Origin: an uncultured Olsenella sp.
GTDB lineage: Bacteria; Actinomycetota; Coriobacteriia; Coriobacteriales; Atopobiaceae
Direction: 5' to 3'
Length of the DNA stretch: 64,000 bases
Assembly (NCBI GenBank): GCA_900314495.1
Contig: OMVJ01000005.1
Location: 26,726 to 90,725 of the forward strand
Shown here: positions 28,411 through 37,653 of the stretch, piece by piece
Layout: each line of letters starts with the position of its first letter
Numbering within the stretch: the stretch's first letter is position 1
Program-made: the position numbers and the translations under genes
The notes under the pieces: model-generated
Told to the model about the DNA's origin: nothing
The model's database searches: none
What the model saw: the letters and a program-made list of their open reading frames with translations, nothing else

Positions 28411-29229
28411 ATGGCGTACGTCGCGCTCTTGACTGACAGGGGCGTTGCCCGGAGCAAGAACGAGGACGCCGGATGCATCGAGGTCGCGGAGACGGCCCTC
28501 GGCGAGGTGGTGATGGCCGTCGTATGCGACGGCGTCGGCGGCCTTGAGCTGGGGGAGCTTGCGAGCTCCACGGTCGTGGAGCGCTTCGTTCGCTGGTTCG
28601 AGTGCGACCTGCGGCAGCTTGTGGAGGAGGCACACGAGGAGAGCCGCCTGCGGGCACCCGCGATCGAGAATGCTTGGGCGGGGCTTCTGAACAGCCTGAA
28701 CGCCGACATCCACGCGTACGGCAGATTGGAGGGGGTGCGACTGGGGACCACCTTTACGGGCGTGCTGGCCTGTGGGGGAGAGTACTTGGTCGGGCACGTG
28801 GGCGACTGCAGGGCATACCTGGTCTGCGGAGGCCAGGTGACCCAGGTCACGCGTGACCAGACGCAGCGGGTACGCCGCTTCGCGCCAGATGCGACGGGGC
28901 TGGGTCGTGACGCATCCGCGTACGCAACCGTGCTCGTGCAGGCCGTGGGTACCCAGGGCAAGGTCAGCCCGGCGTTCTCGGCCGGGGCGTTGCCTGCGGA
29001 CGGGCTTTTCGTCGTCTGCTCGGACGGTGCCTATCGGAAGGCTGGCGCGAGCGGTGTGCTGGAGAAGTTCCAAGGGGTTGATCGCCGTGACGAGCAGGCA
29101 CTCGGCGCCGCATGCCGGTCACTCGTGACCGAGGACATCCAGCGTGGCGAGACGGACAACCTCACCGTCGCCTGCTTCTCGGGGCGCCTTCGTTGTGCGG
29201 ATGCCCCGACCAGCGTGTTCCCTGGCTAG
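28411..29229 (+). CDS. PP2C-family Ser/Thr protein phosphatase
   Basis: LTDRGVARSKNEDA, AVVCDGVGG, GTTFTGV, GHVGDCRAYL, VVCSDGAY. GGAGG lies 5 nt upstream of ATG 28411. Confidence 0.85.
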   Translation: MAYVALLTDRGVARSKNEDAGCIEVAETALGEVVMAVVCDGVGGLELGELASSTVVERFVRWFECDLRQLVEEAHEESRLRAPAIENAWAGLLNSLNADIHAYGRLEGVRLGTTFTGVLACGGEYLVGHVGDCRAYLVCGGQVTQVTRDQTQRVRRFAPDATGLGRDASAYATVLVQAVGTQGKVSPAFSAGALPADGLFVVCSDGAYRKAGASGVLEKFQGVDRRDEQALGAACRSLVTEDIQRGETDNLTVACFSGRLRCADAPTSVFPG

Positions 29230-29232
29230 GCG

Positions 29233-31185
29233 GTGATAGGCGTGCAGGCAGATGGGAGCGGGGTCGGCGTCGGCAGCAGAATAGACGGCAAGTACGAGGT
29301 GCTTGCGCAGATAGGCGTCGGCGGCATGTCGACCGTCTGGCTCGCCCGTGACGACCGGCTGGGGAAGCTGTGGGCGATCAAGGAGACCCGGTCGCGAGGC
29401 ATTGGCAAGCGGGGGCTGAACAACCGCAACGCGGTGATTGCCGAGGCCAACTTCATGAAGCGGCTGGACCATCCCGCGATCCCGCGCGTGGTCGACATCC
29501 TGGAGCGAGGCGACTACGTCTACGTTGTCATGGACTACGTGGACGGCCGGTCCCTGAACGAGGCACTGCGCGAGAACGGTGGCCCCTTCGACCAGGAGCG
29601 CGTCGTGGCTTGGGGAGTGCAGCTGTGCGACGTGCTTGCCTACCTTCACTCGCTCGACCCTCCGGTCGTGTACCGCGACCTCAAGCCGGCGAACGTGATG
29701 GTGCGCGAGGACGGTTCCGTGCGGCTCATAGACTTCGGCATAGCGACGGAGCTTGGGGGTGTGCAGGCAGTGGAGCTTGCCGGGTCAAGGGGGTACTCTG
29801 CGCCGGAGCAGGTGGATGCTGCGGCGCGGGAGGCCTATGGCCTGGATGCCCGCGCGGACGTGTATGCCCTGGGGACGACCCTGTACTCGCTGGTGACGGG
29901 GGAGACCCCCAGGCGCGTGGAGTCGCCCTCGGGTGCCGAGGACTACGCCTTTGACCTGCGGCCGATTCGGGAGCTTGACCCGACCCTCTCCGACGGGCTG
30001 GAGCGGGTGCTGGCGAAGGCGGTCCAGGCCTGTCCGGACGATCGGTACGCGAGCATCGCGGACATGAGGTACGACCTGGAGCACTACCAGGAGCTGACAT
30101 GGGAGCATAGGGTCTCGCTGCTCAGGAAGGTCAACGCGTTCAGGCGCAGGCTCCGCTCTGCCGTCTTCGCGTTTGCGGTGGGCGTGGTGCTTGTGGTCGC
30201 GGGCATCGCGACGGGGGACTACGCATACAAGTCGCTGCTGCACCAGGCCAGCGTTGCCAGCAGGGATGAGACGGGGGTGATAGCGGGGGACGCGTCGAGG
30301 GGTATCGAGCGCACAGCGGGTCCGTCGGAGGCAGAAGAGCTGTATGAACGGGCAATTGCCGCAGACCCTTCTCGCATGGACGCATACCAGAGCCTTGTGG
30401 ATGTATTCAAGAGCGACGAGGTCTTCACCTCCACCGAGGCCCAAAGGTGGCTGCAGGTCTGGCAGATGCATGGGCGCAAGTTGGAGGGCGACCATGCGTA
30501 TGCGAGGCTGTGCTACGACGTGGGCATACTCTTCCTGTGCTATTACGACTACGTTGGCTCTGGGGTGCTGACTTCTTCCGGGGTGGGAGTCTCCCCTGGC
30601 CAGAGCGCGGTCGAAAACGCGTCTCGGTCGCTTGAGTGGTTCCGGCGGGCACGCGACGCCTGCAACCCCACCGGGGGTGACTATGCGGGCCTGGTCGTGG
30701 ATGACGCCCTGGACGAGTATGCCGCGACGGAGGTGTACGAGATCATCGGCGAGTTCTACACGACCATCGTGACGACCAGCCGGGAGGGACGGGACCCCAC
30801 CGATGCCTACCGGGAGTTCTGGAACGCGCTGGGGACTTGCGTCGGTCTTGGCGCCACCCCTTCCGGGGGCGAGCCCGCCGTCGCACAGTCCGAGCCCATA
30901 GTGAGGCTTCGGCTGTACCAGGTTGCCTTCGAATCCGTGAACTCGCCCACGTACCTGGAAGGCTTCAGGCGCGCGGGCGTCTCCAGAGACGAGGTTACGG
31001 ACCTGCTGCAACGCCTTGAGGACGAGACGGAAGGGCTCTCTGACTTCGCGGAGACCAACCCCTCGGCGGCAGACGGCATCTACAACGAGATCGTGCAGGG
31101 CCACGACGCAGCACTCCGCAACATAGAGCGCACCTATGCGGGACCCGTGGTGCGCATGGAGGCCGGTGGGGAGGTGGGCCCGTGA
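29233..31185 (+). CDS. Transmembrane Ser/Thr protein kinase with a non-PASTA extracytoplasmic domain
   Basis: Hanks motifs GVGGMSTV, LWAIKE, YRDLKPANVMV, DFGIA, GYSAPE. One TM (AVFAFAVGVVLVVAGIATG), then a ~320-aa helical C-terminal domain. GTG start lies 4 nt after the phosphatase stop. Confidence 0.85.
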   Translation: MIGVQADGSGVGVGSRIDGKYEVLAQIGVGGMSTVWLARDDRLGKLWAIKETRSRGIGKRGLNNRNAVIAEANFMKRLDHPAIPRVVDILERGDYVYVVMDYVDGRSLNEALRENGGPFDQERVVAWGVQLCDVLAYLHSLDPPVVYRDLKPANVMVREDGSVRLIDFGIATELGGVQAVELAGSRGYSAPEQVDAAAREAYGLDARADVYALGTTLYSLVTGETPRRVESPSGAEDYAFDLRPIRELDPTLSDGLERVLAKAVQACPDDRYASIADMRYDLEHYQELTWEHRVSLLRKVNAFRRRLRSAVFAFAVGVVLVVAGIATGDYAYKSLLHQASVASRDETGVIAGDASRGIERTAGPSEAEELYERAIAADPSRMDAYQSLVDVFKSDEVFTSTEAQRWLQVWQMHGRKLEGDHAYARLCYDVGILFLCYYDYVGSGVLTSSGVGVSPGQSAVENASRSLEWFRRARDACNPTGGDYAGLVVDDALDEYAATEVYEIIGEFYTTIVTTSREGRDPTDAYREFWNALGTCVGLGATPSGGEPAVAQSEPIVRLRLYQVAFESVNSPTYLEGFRRAGVSRDEVTDLLQRLEDETEGLSDFAETNPSAADGIYNEIVQGHDAALRNIERTYAGPVVRMEAGGEVGP

Positions 31186-31706
31186 TAGCCGCGGCCGTGG
31201 CACTCATGTGCCTGGGCACCCTGGCCTTCGTGGTGGCGGGGGTCTACGCGCTTCTGGCGGCGCGCATGTACGTGAGGGACGACATTCGTGCCGTCCGGGA
31301 AGACTTGCGGGGAAGCCGGCGGCTCGGAGCCGGTGCGCCGCGGGCACCCACCCTGCGCGCGGACAAGCGGCCACTTGGCAAGGCACGGGCGGATGGGGTT
31401 CCCTGCCCTGAGGGGAGGCCCGCGGGGGAGGACGAGCCCGACACCTGCGGCAGGACGGAGGTTGCGCCAGCCGCGCCAGAAGCCGGCGGTACGGCTCAGC
31501 CGGAAGTGGAGACGTCACCTCCGGGAGTGCCAGATGACGGGAGTCTTAAATGCGCGTTCCGAGTCACCCGTCGTGTGATAGCGTTGTCGTCTGACGATGT
31601 CATAGTCATGCCACCAGAAGGTCCCGGCCTAGGGGCCAAGGGGGAGGGCCCCGGCTGCCGCTTGGACGAGCCGACCTTCGTAGTTGATGAGGGAGTATCC
31701 GCATGA
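31182..31706 (+). CDS. Small membrane-anchored protein, unknown function
   Basis: GTGA overlap with the kinase stop and ATGA overlap with the next gene. N-terminal TM MIAAAVALMCLGTLAFVVAGVYALL, followed by a low-complexity region. Confidence 0.45.
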   Translation: MIAAAVALMCLGTLAFVVAGVYALLAARMYVRDDIRAVREDLRGSRRLGAGAPRAPTLRADKRPLGKARADGVPCPEGRPAGEDEPDTCGRTEVAPAAPEAGGTAQPEVETSPPGVPDDGSLKCAFRVTRRVIALSSDDVIVMPPEGPGLGAKGEGPGCRLDEPTFVVDEGVSA

Positions 31707-32701
31707 AGCACATCCTCGTTGTGGCAACGGGTGGGACCATCGCCTCCGTACCTGCGGAGAGCGGCCTTCACCCGGGGCTTACGGGTAGGGAGCTGGTCGC
31801 GCTTGTTCCCCAGGCTGCCGACGTCTGCAACGTGGACGTGGTCCAGCCCATGAACATAGACTCCAGCAACATGCGCCCCTCGGACTGGCTGCGCATAGCC
31901 CGCGTGATCGAGGACTCGTACGGGGACTACGACGGTTTCGTGGTCATGCATGGCACGGACACGATGGCATACACCGCAGCGGCACTCTCGTACCTGATCC
32001 AGGGCTCCCCCAAGCCAATTGTCCTCACGGGGTCCCAGCAGCCCATGGCAGCCCCCTTCACAGATGCCAAGCTCAACCTGTACGACAGCCTGCTGTACGC
32101 CAGCGACGACGCAAGCAGCGACGTGTGCATAGTGTTCGCGGGCAAGGTCATTGCGGGCACCCGCGCCCGCAAGCAGCGCACCATGAGCTTCAACGCCTTC
32201 GTGAGCTGCAACTACCCCGAGCTGGCGTACGTTCGCGGCAGGCGGATCGTGCGGCCGGCGGGGCTTTCCGCGCGTACGTCCCAGGAGCCGACCTTCTACC
32301 ACCACCTGGATGACCGCGTGGTGGCGCTCAAGCTGACGCCCGGGTTCAACCCCGCCATCTTCGAGGTGCTGATGCCCGGTTGCTCTGCGGTGGTGCTGGA
32401 GACCTTCGGCATTGGCGGCATACCGGAATACGCGGACCACTCGTTCGAGAACACGGTCTCCGCCTGGCTGCATTCTGGCAGGAAGCTGGTGCTCACGACC
32501 CAGGTTCCCGAGGAGGGCCTGGACCTGGGCGTGTACGAGGTTGGCAGGGCGTACGCAAACCGCCCCGGCATCCTGAGGGGCGGCGACATGTCCATAGAGG
32601 CGCTGGTGGCAAAGACCATGTGGGCCCTGGGGCAGGCGACCGACGTGGCCGAGGTGGACCGTCTGTTCTACAAGACCGTGAACCACGACCGCCTGGAATA
32701 G
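31703..32701 (+). CDS. ansA: L-asparaginase, type I
   Basis: MKHILVVATGGTIAS (TGGTIA active-site motif), VVMHGTDTMAYTAAAL. Confidence 0.85.
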   Translation: MKHILVVATGGTIASVPAESGLHPGLTGRELVALVPQAADVCNVDVVQPMNIDSSNMRPSDWLRIARVIEDSYGDYDGFVVMHGTDTMAYTAAALSYLIQGSPKPIVLTGSQQPMAAPFTDAKLNLYDSLLYASDDASSDVCIVFAGKVIAGTRARKQRTMSFNAFVSCNYPELAYVRGRRIVRPAGLSARTSQEPTFYHHLDDRVVALKLTPGFNPAIFEVLMPGCSAVVLETFGIGGIPEYADHSFENTVSAWLHSGRKLVLTTQVPEEGLDLGVYEVGRAYANRPGILRGGDMSIEALVAKTMWALGQATDVAEVDRLFYKTVNHDRLE

Positions 32702-32806
32702 GGTTCACGCGGGACAAAAGTTCCAGGTTGGCTGCAATGTGCGATTCTCGCGACGCGCGGCGCTACAGTGGTAGGTGGTGTTGGCGCGATTCTACAGGGG
32801 GATCCC

Positions 32807-34267
32807 ATGGAGAGGAACTACGTTCTGCTGCTTCCGGACCGCAAGGGCGCCTTCCTGGCCGTCGACAAGGTCTTCGCTGACTACGGCGTGGACATAAAGC
32901 GCGTGAGCTACAACAAGGTCATAGACCCGCACGCCTTCTTCGTGGAGGTGGAGGGGACCCCGCAGGCCATCCAGGCGGCGGACATGGACCTTGACCTCAT
33001 GGGCGTGCTTCCTGGTGACACCGTGGTGGGCGAGGTGGAGCTCATCGAGTTCGTGATGAACGACGAACCGGGCATCATGTATCCCGTCTTGGAGCTTATC
33101 GACCGCTACGGCTTCAACATCACCTACTACACCGCCAAGGTGCTCACGGCGGGGGACCAGCAGGTCCTCATGGGCCTGTATGTGGAGGACCGTGCGGACC
33201 TGGAGCCCTTCCTGCGGGAGTCGCGCAGGCTCTGCCCCACCCGCGTCGTGGAGTACGACAAGCAGCAGCACGTCATAGACAACAACCTCTTCTACCTCAC
33301 GTTCGCGCGCGGCGTGAGGCGCCGGCTGGGCCTGACGGAGGACCAGGAGCTCGAGGTCCTTGTCAATGCCAACCGGATCATCCAGAATCTGGAGAACACC
33401 AACAGCGACCCCTTCAAGCCCTTTGACTACCTGGAGCAGTTCACGCGCGGCATTGCGGAGTTCAAGGGGCAGGCGTACGCCGCCAATACGCGCGTCACGA
33501 GGTTCGATACCGCGCTGGGCACCCATTGCGTCTGTATAGAGCCACCGGCGGGGTCCGACACGTGGATTCTGGAGTGCGACGACCGCCTGCTGTGCATTGA
33601 CTCCGGCTACCGCGCCTTCCGCGAGGAGTTCGCGGGGCTCCTGCGAACCCTGTACCCAGACTGGGACGCCCGCAGGAAGGAGCTCTTCCTCACCCATGCG
33701 GACATCGACCACGCCGGCTGCTGCGACCTCTTCGACCACACATATGCGGCGGGGCACGTTCTGGACAACTTCCGCCAGGAGCACGCCGGGCTGCGCAACT
33801 GGCGCGAGCGCAACGCGACTCACATGCCATACAACCGCATCGGCATGATCGTCTCCGCGTACGAGACGCCCTGGCTGGGGGACTTCGAGTGCATCGGCCG
33901 CCGCGACAAGGACTCCGACGACCCCATCGCGCGCTGCTACACGCTGCGGGGCGAGCTTGCGGTGCTGGACGTCGCCCCCTTCCACTTTGAGGTGTGGGAG
34001 GGCAAGGGTGGCCACGTGGTGGGCGAGACGGTGCTCATAGACCGCGCGCAGCACGTTTGCGTCTCGGGTGACATCTTCGTGAACGTGCACGCGGAGACCA
34101 AGCCACAGGCACGCTTCAACGCCCTGGCACCCTTCCTCATGACCTCGGTGGACAGCGTGCCCGACCTGGAGCGGAAGGAGCGAACGTTCCTCTTCTCCCT
34201 GCTTGACCCGGGCGACTGGCTGGTGATGGGCGGCCACGGGGCCCTGTACCACTACCACAGGCGCTGA
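32807..34267 (+). CDS. ACT-like N-terminal domain fused to an MBL-fold metallo-hydrolase
   Basis: The N-terminal ~70 aa is ACT-like (LLLPDRKGAFLAVDKVFADYGVDIKRVSYN). MBL motif LTHADIDHAGC. Confidence 0.6.
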   Translation: MERNYVLLLPDRKGAFLAVDKVFADYGVDIKRVSYNKVIDPHAFFVEVEGTPQAIQAADMDLDLMGVLPGDTVVGEVELIEFVMNDEPGIMYPVLELIDRYGFNITYYTAKVLTAGDQQVLMGLYVEDRADLEPFLRESRRLCPTRVVEYDKQQHVIDNNLFYLTFARGVRRRLGLTEDQELEVLVNANRIIQNLENTNSDPFKPFDYLEQFTRGIAEFKGQAYAANTRVTRFDTALGTHCVCIEPPAGSDTWILECDDRLLCIDSGYRAFREEFAGLLRTLYPDWDARRKELFLTHADIDHAGCCDLFDHTYAAGHVLDNFRQEHAGLRNWRERNATHMPYNRIGMIVSAYETPWLGDFECIGRRDKDSDDPIARCYTLRGELAVLDVAPFHFEVWEGKGGHVVGETVLIDRAQHVCVSGDIFVNVHAETKPQARFNALAPFLMTSVDSVPDLERKERTFLFSLLDPGDWLVMGGHGALYHYHRR

Positions 34268-34274
34268 GCTGCGG

Positions 34275-34338
34275 GAGACACTGGGGACGCACCTTTTGTC
34301 TCATGTGAATGAGACAAATGGTGCGTCCCCTTGACTCA
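34275..34338. repeat. Type-A palindromic repeat, diverged full unit
   Basis: GAGACACTGGGGACGCACCTTTTGTCTCAT-GTGA-ATGAGACAAATGGTGCGTCCCCTTGACTCA lies between convergent genes and abuts the DegV stop codon. Confidence 0.9.
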
Positions 34339-35199
34339 CTACTTTGCTGCCATGGAGGCGATGGCGAACGAGTTGGGGCCGGAGTGCGAGGCAATGACGC
34401 AACCGGACTTGACCCACTCTATCTCCTGCGCGCCGTGACGGCGGACGATCTTCTCGCAGGCGTCGCGCATGCGGTGGTCCGGCTGGTCGCCGGAGGTGTA
34501 GGTGAAGACCACGCGCGAGAGGTCCATGGGCTCGCGCGTGCAGAAGTGCTCGCAGAGCTCCGCCATGCACTTGTATATGGAGCCGTAGCGCTTCTTGGTG
34601 GCGACGAGCTTGCCGTCAATGTCCTCGATGGTCGGCTTGATGCGGAGCACGGTCGCGCCGATGTAGGCGGTGTTCGTCAGGCGGCCACCCGCACGCAGGA
34701 ACTTGAGCTCGCCGGGCAGGAAGGCGAAGCGGATGCGGCGCGCTTGGTCGGACACGTACTCCATGATGTCGTAGTCCGTGACGTCGGGGTTTTGGCGCAG
34801 CCAGCGGGCCGTGTTGGTGACGATGAGGTACTGGGCGCTGGAGAAGGCCTTGGTGTCGATGATGAGCACGTAGTCGCGCCCCTCGGCGGCGATACGGGCG
34901 GACTCCATGGAGACGGTGGTCGCAGACGAGTAGGCCAGGTAGACGATGCGCGCGTCGGGCTTCTGGGCGTGGATGCGGTCGAACACCGGGGTGAAGTCCG
35001 CGGGAGAGCAGCCGGCGGTGTGCGGGCACTCGCCGGTCTCCTCAAAGTTCTTGTACAGGTCCTCCGTCGGGAAGGAGTCGTCGTCCTTGCTGACACCGGC
35101 AAAGTTGACGTGCATGGGAACGATTTCGATTCCGTACTCGCGAGCGACGTCGGCATGGACGTCCGATCCCGTCTCCGTCACGATTACGTATTCAGTCAT
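34339..35199 (-). CDS. DegV-family fatty-acid-binding protein
   Basis: Typical DegV N-terminus (IVTETGSDV...EYGIEIVPMHVNF) and length (286 aa). Confidence 0.8.
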   Translation of the reverse strand: MTEYVIVTETGSDVHADVAREYGIEIVPMHVNFAGVSKDDDSFPTEDLYKNFEETGECPHTAGCSPADFTPVFDRIHAQKPDARIVYLAYSSATTVSMESARIAAEGRDYVLIIDTKAFSSAQYLIVTNTARWLRQNPDVTDYDIMEYVSDQARRIRFAFLPGELKFLRAGGRLTNTAYIGATVLRIKPTIEDIDGKLVATKKRYGSIYKCMAELCEHFCTREPMDLSRVVFTYTSGDQPDHRMRDACEKIVRRHGAQEIEWVKSGCVIASHSGPNSFAIASMAAK

Positions 35200-35363
35200 A
35201 TGCTCCCCATCTCTGGTCAGACGTGCAAACCCACGTCACTATACACGCATCCCGTTTCGTGGCGCAAAGATATTACACGCCCACAACGACACGTGGAATT
35301 TTGGACACGCCCGTGGGTACCAATGTACATATATGTATGGATACACGCCCTTGGCCCTAGGCC

Positions 35364-36254
35364 ATGCGGAGTGGCTACAATGGGCTGCACGAGTCGCGTC
35401 GGAAGCGATTGCCCGGGGAGGACGCCTTGATACAGGACATTGGTGCGCACGAGTACAGCAACGTCTTCTTGACAACACCCGCAGAGCCGGGCGACCGCGT
35501 GCTTGCCTACCGCGGCAGGGAGGTGCTCCTGGGGGAGCGCGATGCCATGTGCGAGCTCCCGCGCGTGGGCGAGTTGGGCGTGGCCGCCAGCGACCTCACC
35601 TTCCTCTTCTCCATTGACGGCGAGAGGTACTACCTTGCCCCAGGCGGCCTTGCGGAGGCTGGTGGGTACGCGTTCCACCCGCTGCAGGAGTGCCGCTACC
35701 TGGCACCGCGCTACCTTGCCTTTGCCGCGGTCACGGGCAGCCAGCTTCACGACTGGTACGCCAACAACCGCTTCTGCGGAAGGTGCGGGCACGCCACCGA
35801 GCTTGCCCCCAACAGCCGGGAGATCGTGTGTCCCAGCTGCGCAAACGTCGTGTACCCCAAGATCATGCCCGCAGTCATCTGCGGCGTCACCTGGGGGAGC
35901 AAGATCCTGCTGACCAAGTACGCCGGCCGCGCGTACACGCGCTACGCGCTGGTTGCCGGCTTCAACGAGGTGGGCGAGACGCTCGAGCAGACGTGTGCCC
36001 GCGAGGTGATGGAGGAGGTTGGCCTCCACATAAAGAACCTGCGCTACTACGCCGACCAGCCGTGGCCCTTCACGTCCTCCCTCCTGGTGGGCTACTTCTG
36101 CGAGCTGGACGGGGACCCCACCATTCACGTTGACCACAAGGAACTCAAGCTGGGCGTCTGGATGGAGCGGGAGGACATACCCCGCGAGCTTCCGGACACG
36201 TCCAGCCTCACGAACCAGATGATCATGCACTTCCGCAACGACTGGGAGGGCTGA
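35364..36254 (+). CDS. nudC: NAD(+) diphosphatase (Nudix, NudC-type)
   Basis: Zinc ribbon CGRCGHAT...CPSCANVVYP and Nudix box GFNEVGETLEQTCAREVMEEVGL. Start uncertain. Confidence 0.8.
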   Translation: MRSGYNGLHESRRKRLPGEDALIQDIGAHEYSNVFLTTPAEPGDRVLAYRGREVLLGERDAMCELPRVGELGVAASDLTFLFSIDGERYYLAPGGLAEAGGYAFHPLQECRYLAPRYLAFAAVTGSQLHDWYANNRFCGRCGHATELAPNSREIVCPSCANVVYPKIMPAVICGVTWGSKILLTKYAGRAYTRYALVAGFNEVGETLEQTCAREVMEEVGLHIKNLRYYADQPWPFTSSLLVGYFCELDGDPTIHVDHKELKLGVWMEREDIPRELPDTSSLTNQMIMHFRNDWEG

Positions 36255-36258
36255 CGGC

Positions 36259-37488
36259 ATGAAGTTCAAGCTTGAGAAGGAGCGCGGCAAGGGCAGGCAG
36301 TGGCTTTGCGTCGTGCCGACGCGTGGGGAGCATGTGGACGCCGGCCTGGTGCGGTGGCTGAGCGCATGCCACCGCAACCGGCTGCTGGACCTGACGCCCA
36401 TGAAGGAGGGCGTGCTCCGCTACGACGCCACGGGGCTGACGCCGCTGCACGAGTTCCTGCGCCAGACGGAACTGACGTCGGCGCGGTACGAGAACCTCCT
36501 GGTCTCCACGTGCGAGGCCATGGCTACCTGCGCGGTTGATGGCGCCCCCTTCCGTGCCCTGGTGTTCCATCCGGAGGCCGTGTTCGCCGAAGAGGACGGA
36601 AACCTGCACTTCTGCTTCTATCCCGTGCAGGTGAGGCCGAACTCGGTAAAGCGCAACGATCCCAAGGCGTTTCTCCGCGGGCTCCACAAGGGCGGGCACC
36701 TCTCGCTCTTGGGTGCCGACGACCTGAGGGTCGCGAGCGACCTGGAGCGCTTTCTGAAGGGGCAGGATGGCCTCTCCCTGCGGGACTTGGAGCGCTTCCT
36801 GCTGGACACCTACGGCGTGGACGTGGCGCGGGAGTTTGCCGCGCGTCCTGCGGGGCAACCCGTGCGGGCCGCAGAGCGCGTGCGGGCCGCCCAGGGCGTG
36901 GAGCAGGGGGCTCCCCAGCCCGCCAAGACCATGTTGGCGGCCGACGTGTGGGGTGCGGGTGTGGCGAAGGCGCTCGAGGCGGAGCCACTGGGGCCCGCGC
37001 AGGAACCTCCTGCCCGCGGGCATGTCCCAGAGGGTGACGCCCGCGCCGAGGAGCCACCGTTTGAGTCTGGGGCTCGGGCCGGACGCGACGGCATTGACCT
37101 GGCGGAGGTTCCCGGCTGGGAGTTCGACCCAGAGCCTGCCCGGCAGGTGGAATCGGACACGGCGGAGACTGGTCCTGCCTTCGCACCCTCGGAGGAGTTC
37201 CTGCTGGTGTGCGAGGAGACGGGCGAGGCGTTTTCTCTCGGTAGCGGTGCGAGCGCCGTGGTCGGCAGGGGCTCTGCCAGCGACGTGCAGATTCCCGACA
37301 ACCTGAGGATCAGCCGGAGCCACGCGCGCGTGCAGCGGCTGGGCGACGCCTTCTTGGTAACAGACTTGGGTTCGGCAAACGGCACCACGGTGGGTGGCCG
37401 GGAACTTGGCAAGGGCGAGTCTGCCGAAGTGCAGACGGGGGAGACCTTCCTCTTGGCCGACGTGCCCTTCAAGGTCGTACGAACGTAG
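36259..37488 (+). CDS. FHA-domain protein with an uncharacterised N-terminal domain
   Basis: C-terminal FHA: VVGRGSASDVQIPDNLRISRSHARV...VTDLGSANGTTVGG. Confidence 0.75.
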   Translation: MKFKLEKERGKGRQWLCVVPTRGEHVDAGLVRWLSACHRNRLLDLTPMKEGVLRYDATGLTPLHEFLRQTELTSARYENLLVSTCEAMATCAVDGAPFRALVFHPEAVFAEEDGNLHFCFYPVQVRPNSVKRNDPKAFLRGLHKGGHLSLLGADDLRVASDLERFLKGQDGLSLRDLERFLLDTYGVDVAREFAARPAGQPVRAAERVRAAQGVEQGAPQPAKTMLAADVWGAGVAKALEAEPLGPAQEPPARGHVPEGDARAEEPPFESGARAGRDGIDLAEVPGWEFDPEPARQVESDTAETGPAFAPSEEFLLVCEETGEAFSLGSGASAVVGRGSASDVQIPDNLRISRSHARVQRLGDAFLVTDLGSANGTTVGGRELGKGESAEVQTGETFLLADVPFKVVRT

Positions 37489-37531
37489 ACCGCCACGGTT
37501 GAACCGTGGGCGGCTGCAGACGGTGATGAGC

Positions 37532-37545
37532 TAACCGTACGGTTA
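37532..37545. promoter_or_regulatory. Perfect 14-bp palindrome TAACCGTACGGTTA overlapping a TACAAT -10-like hexamer
   Basis: It lies ~110 nt upstream of the CMD-family gene. No cognate regulator is evident. Confidence 0.3.
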
Positions 37546-37653
37546 CAATACGTGGGTGGAAGAAGGCTGCACATCGCATCCCCTCGCCCTTTTCGGTTGC
37601 TTACCTATGCGTAGGGGACATGTATTTGTGCCTGGAAAGGAGATGCAACACCA

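Noticed and set aside
37490-37513. Hairpin CCGCCACGG/CCGTGGGCGG after the FHA gene as an intrinsic terminator
   Set aside because: The stem has a bulge and is not followed by a T-tract. It may still pause or terminate transcription, but the evidence is too weak to annotate.
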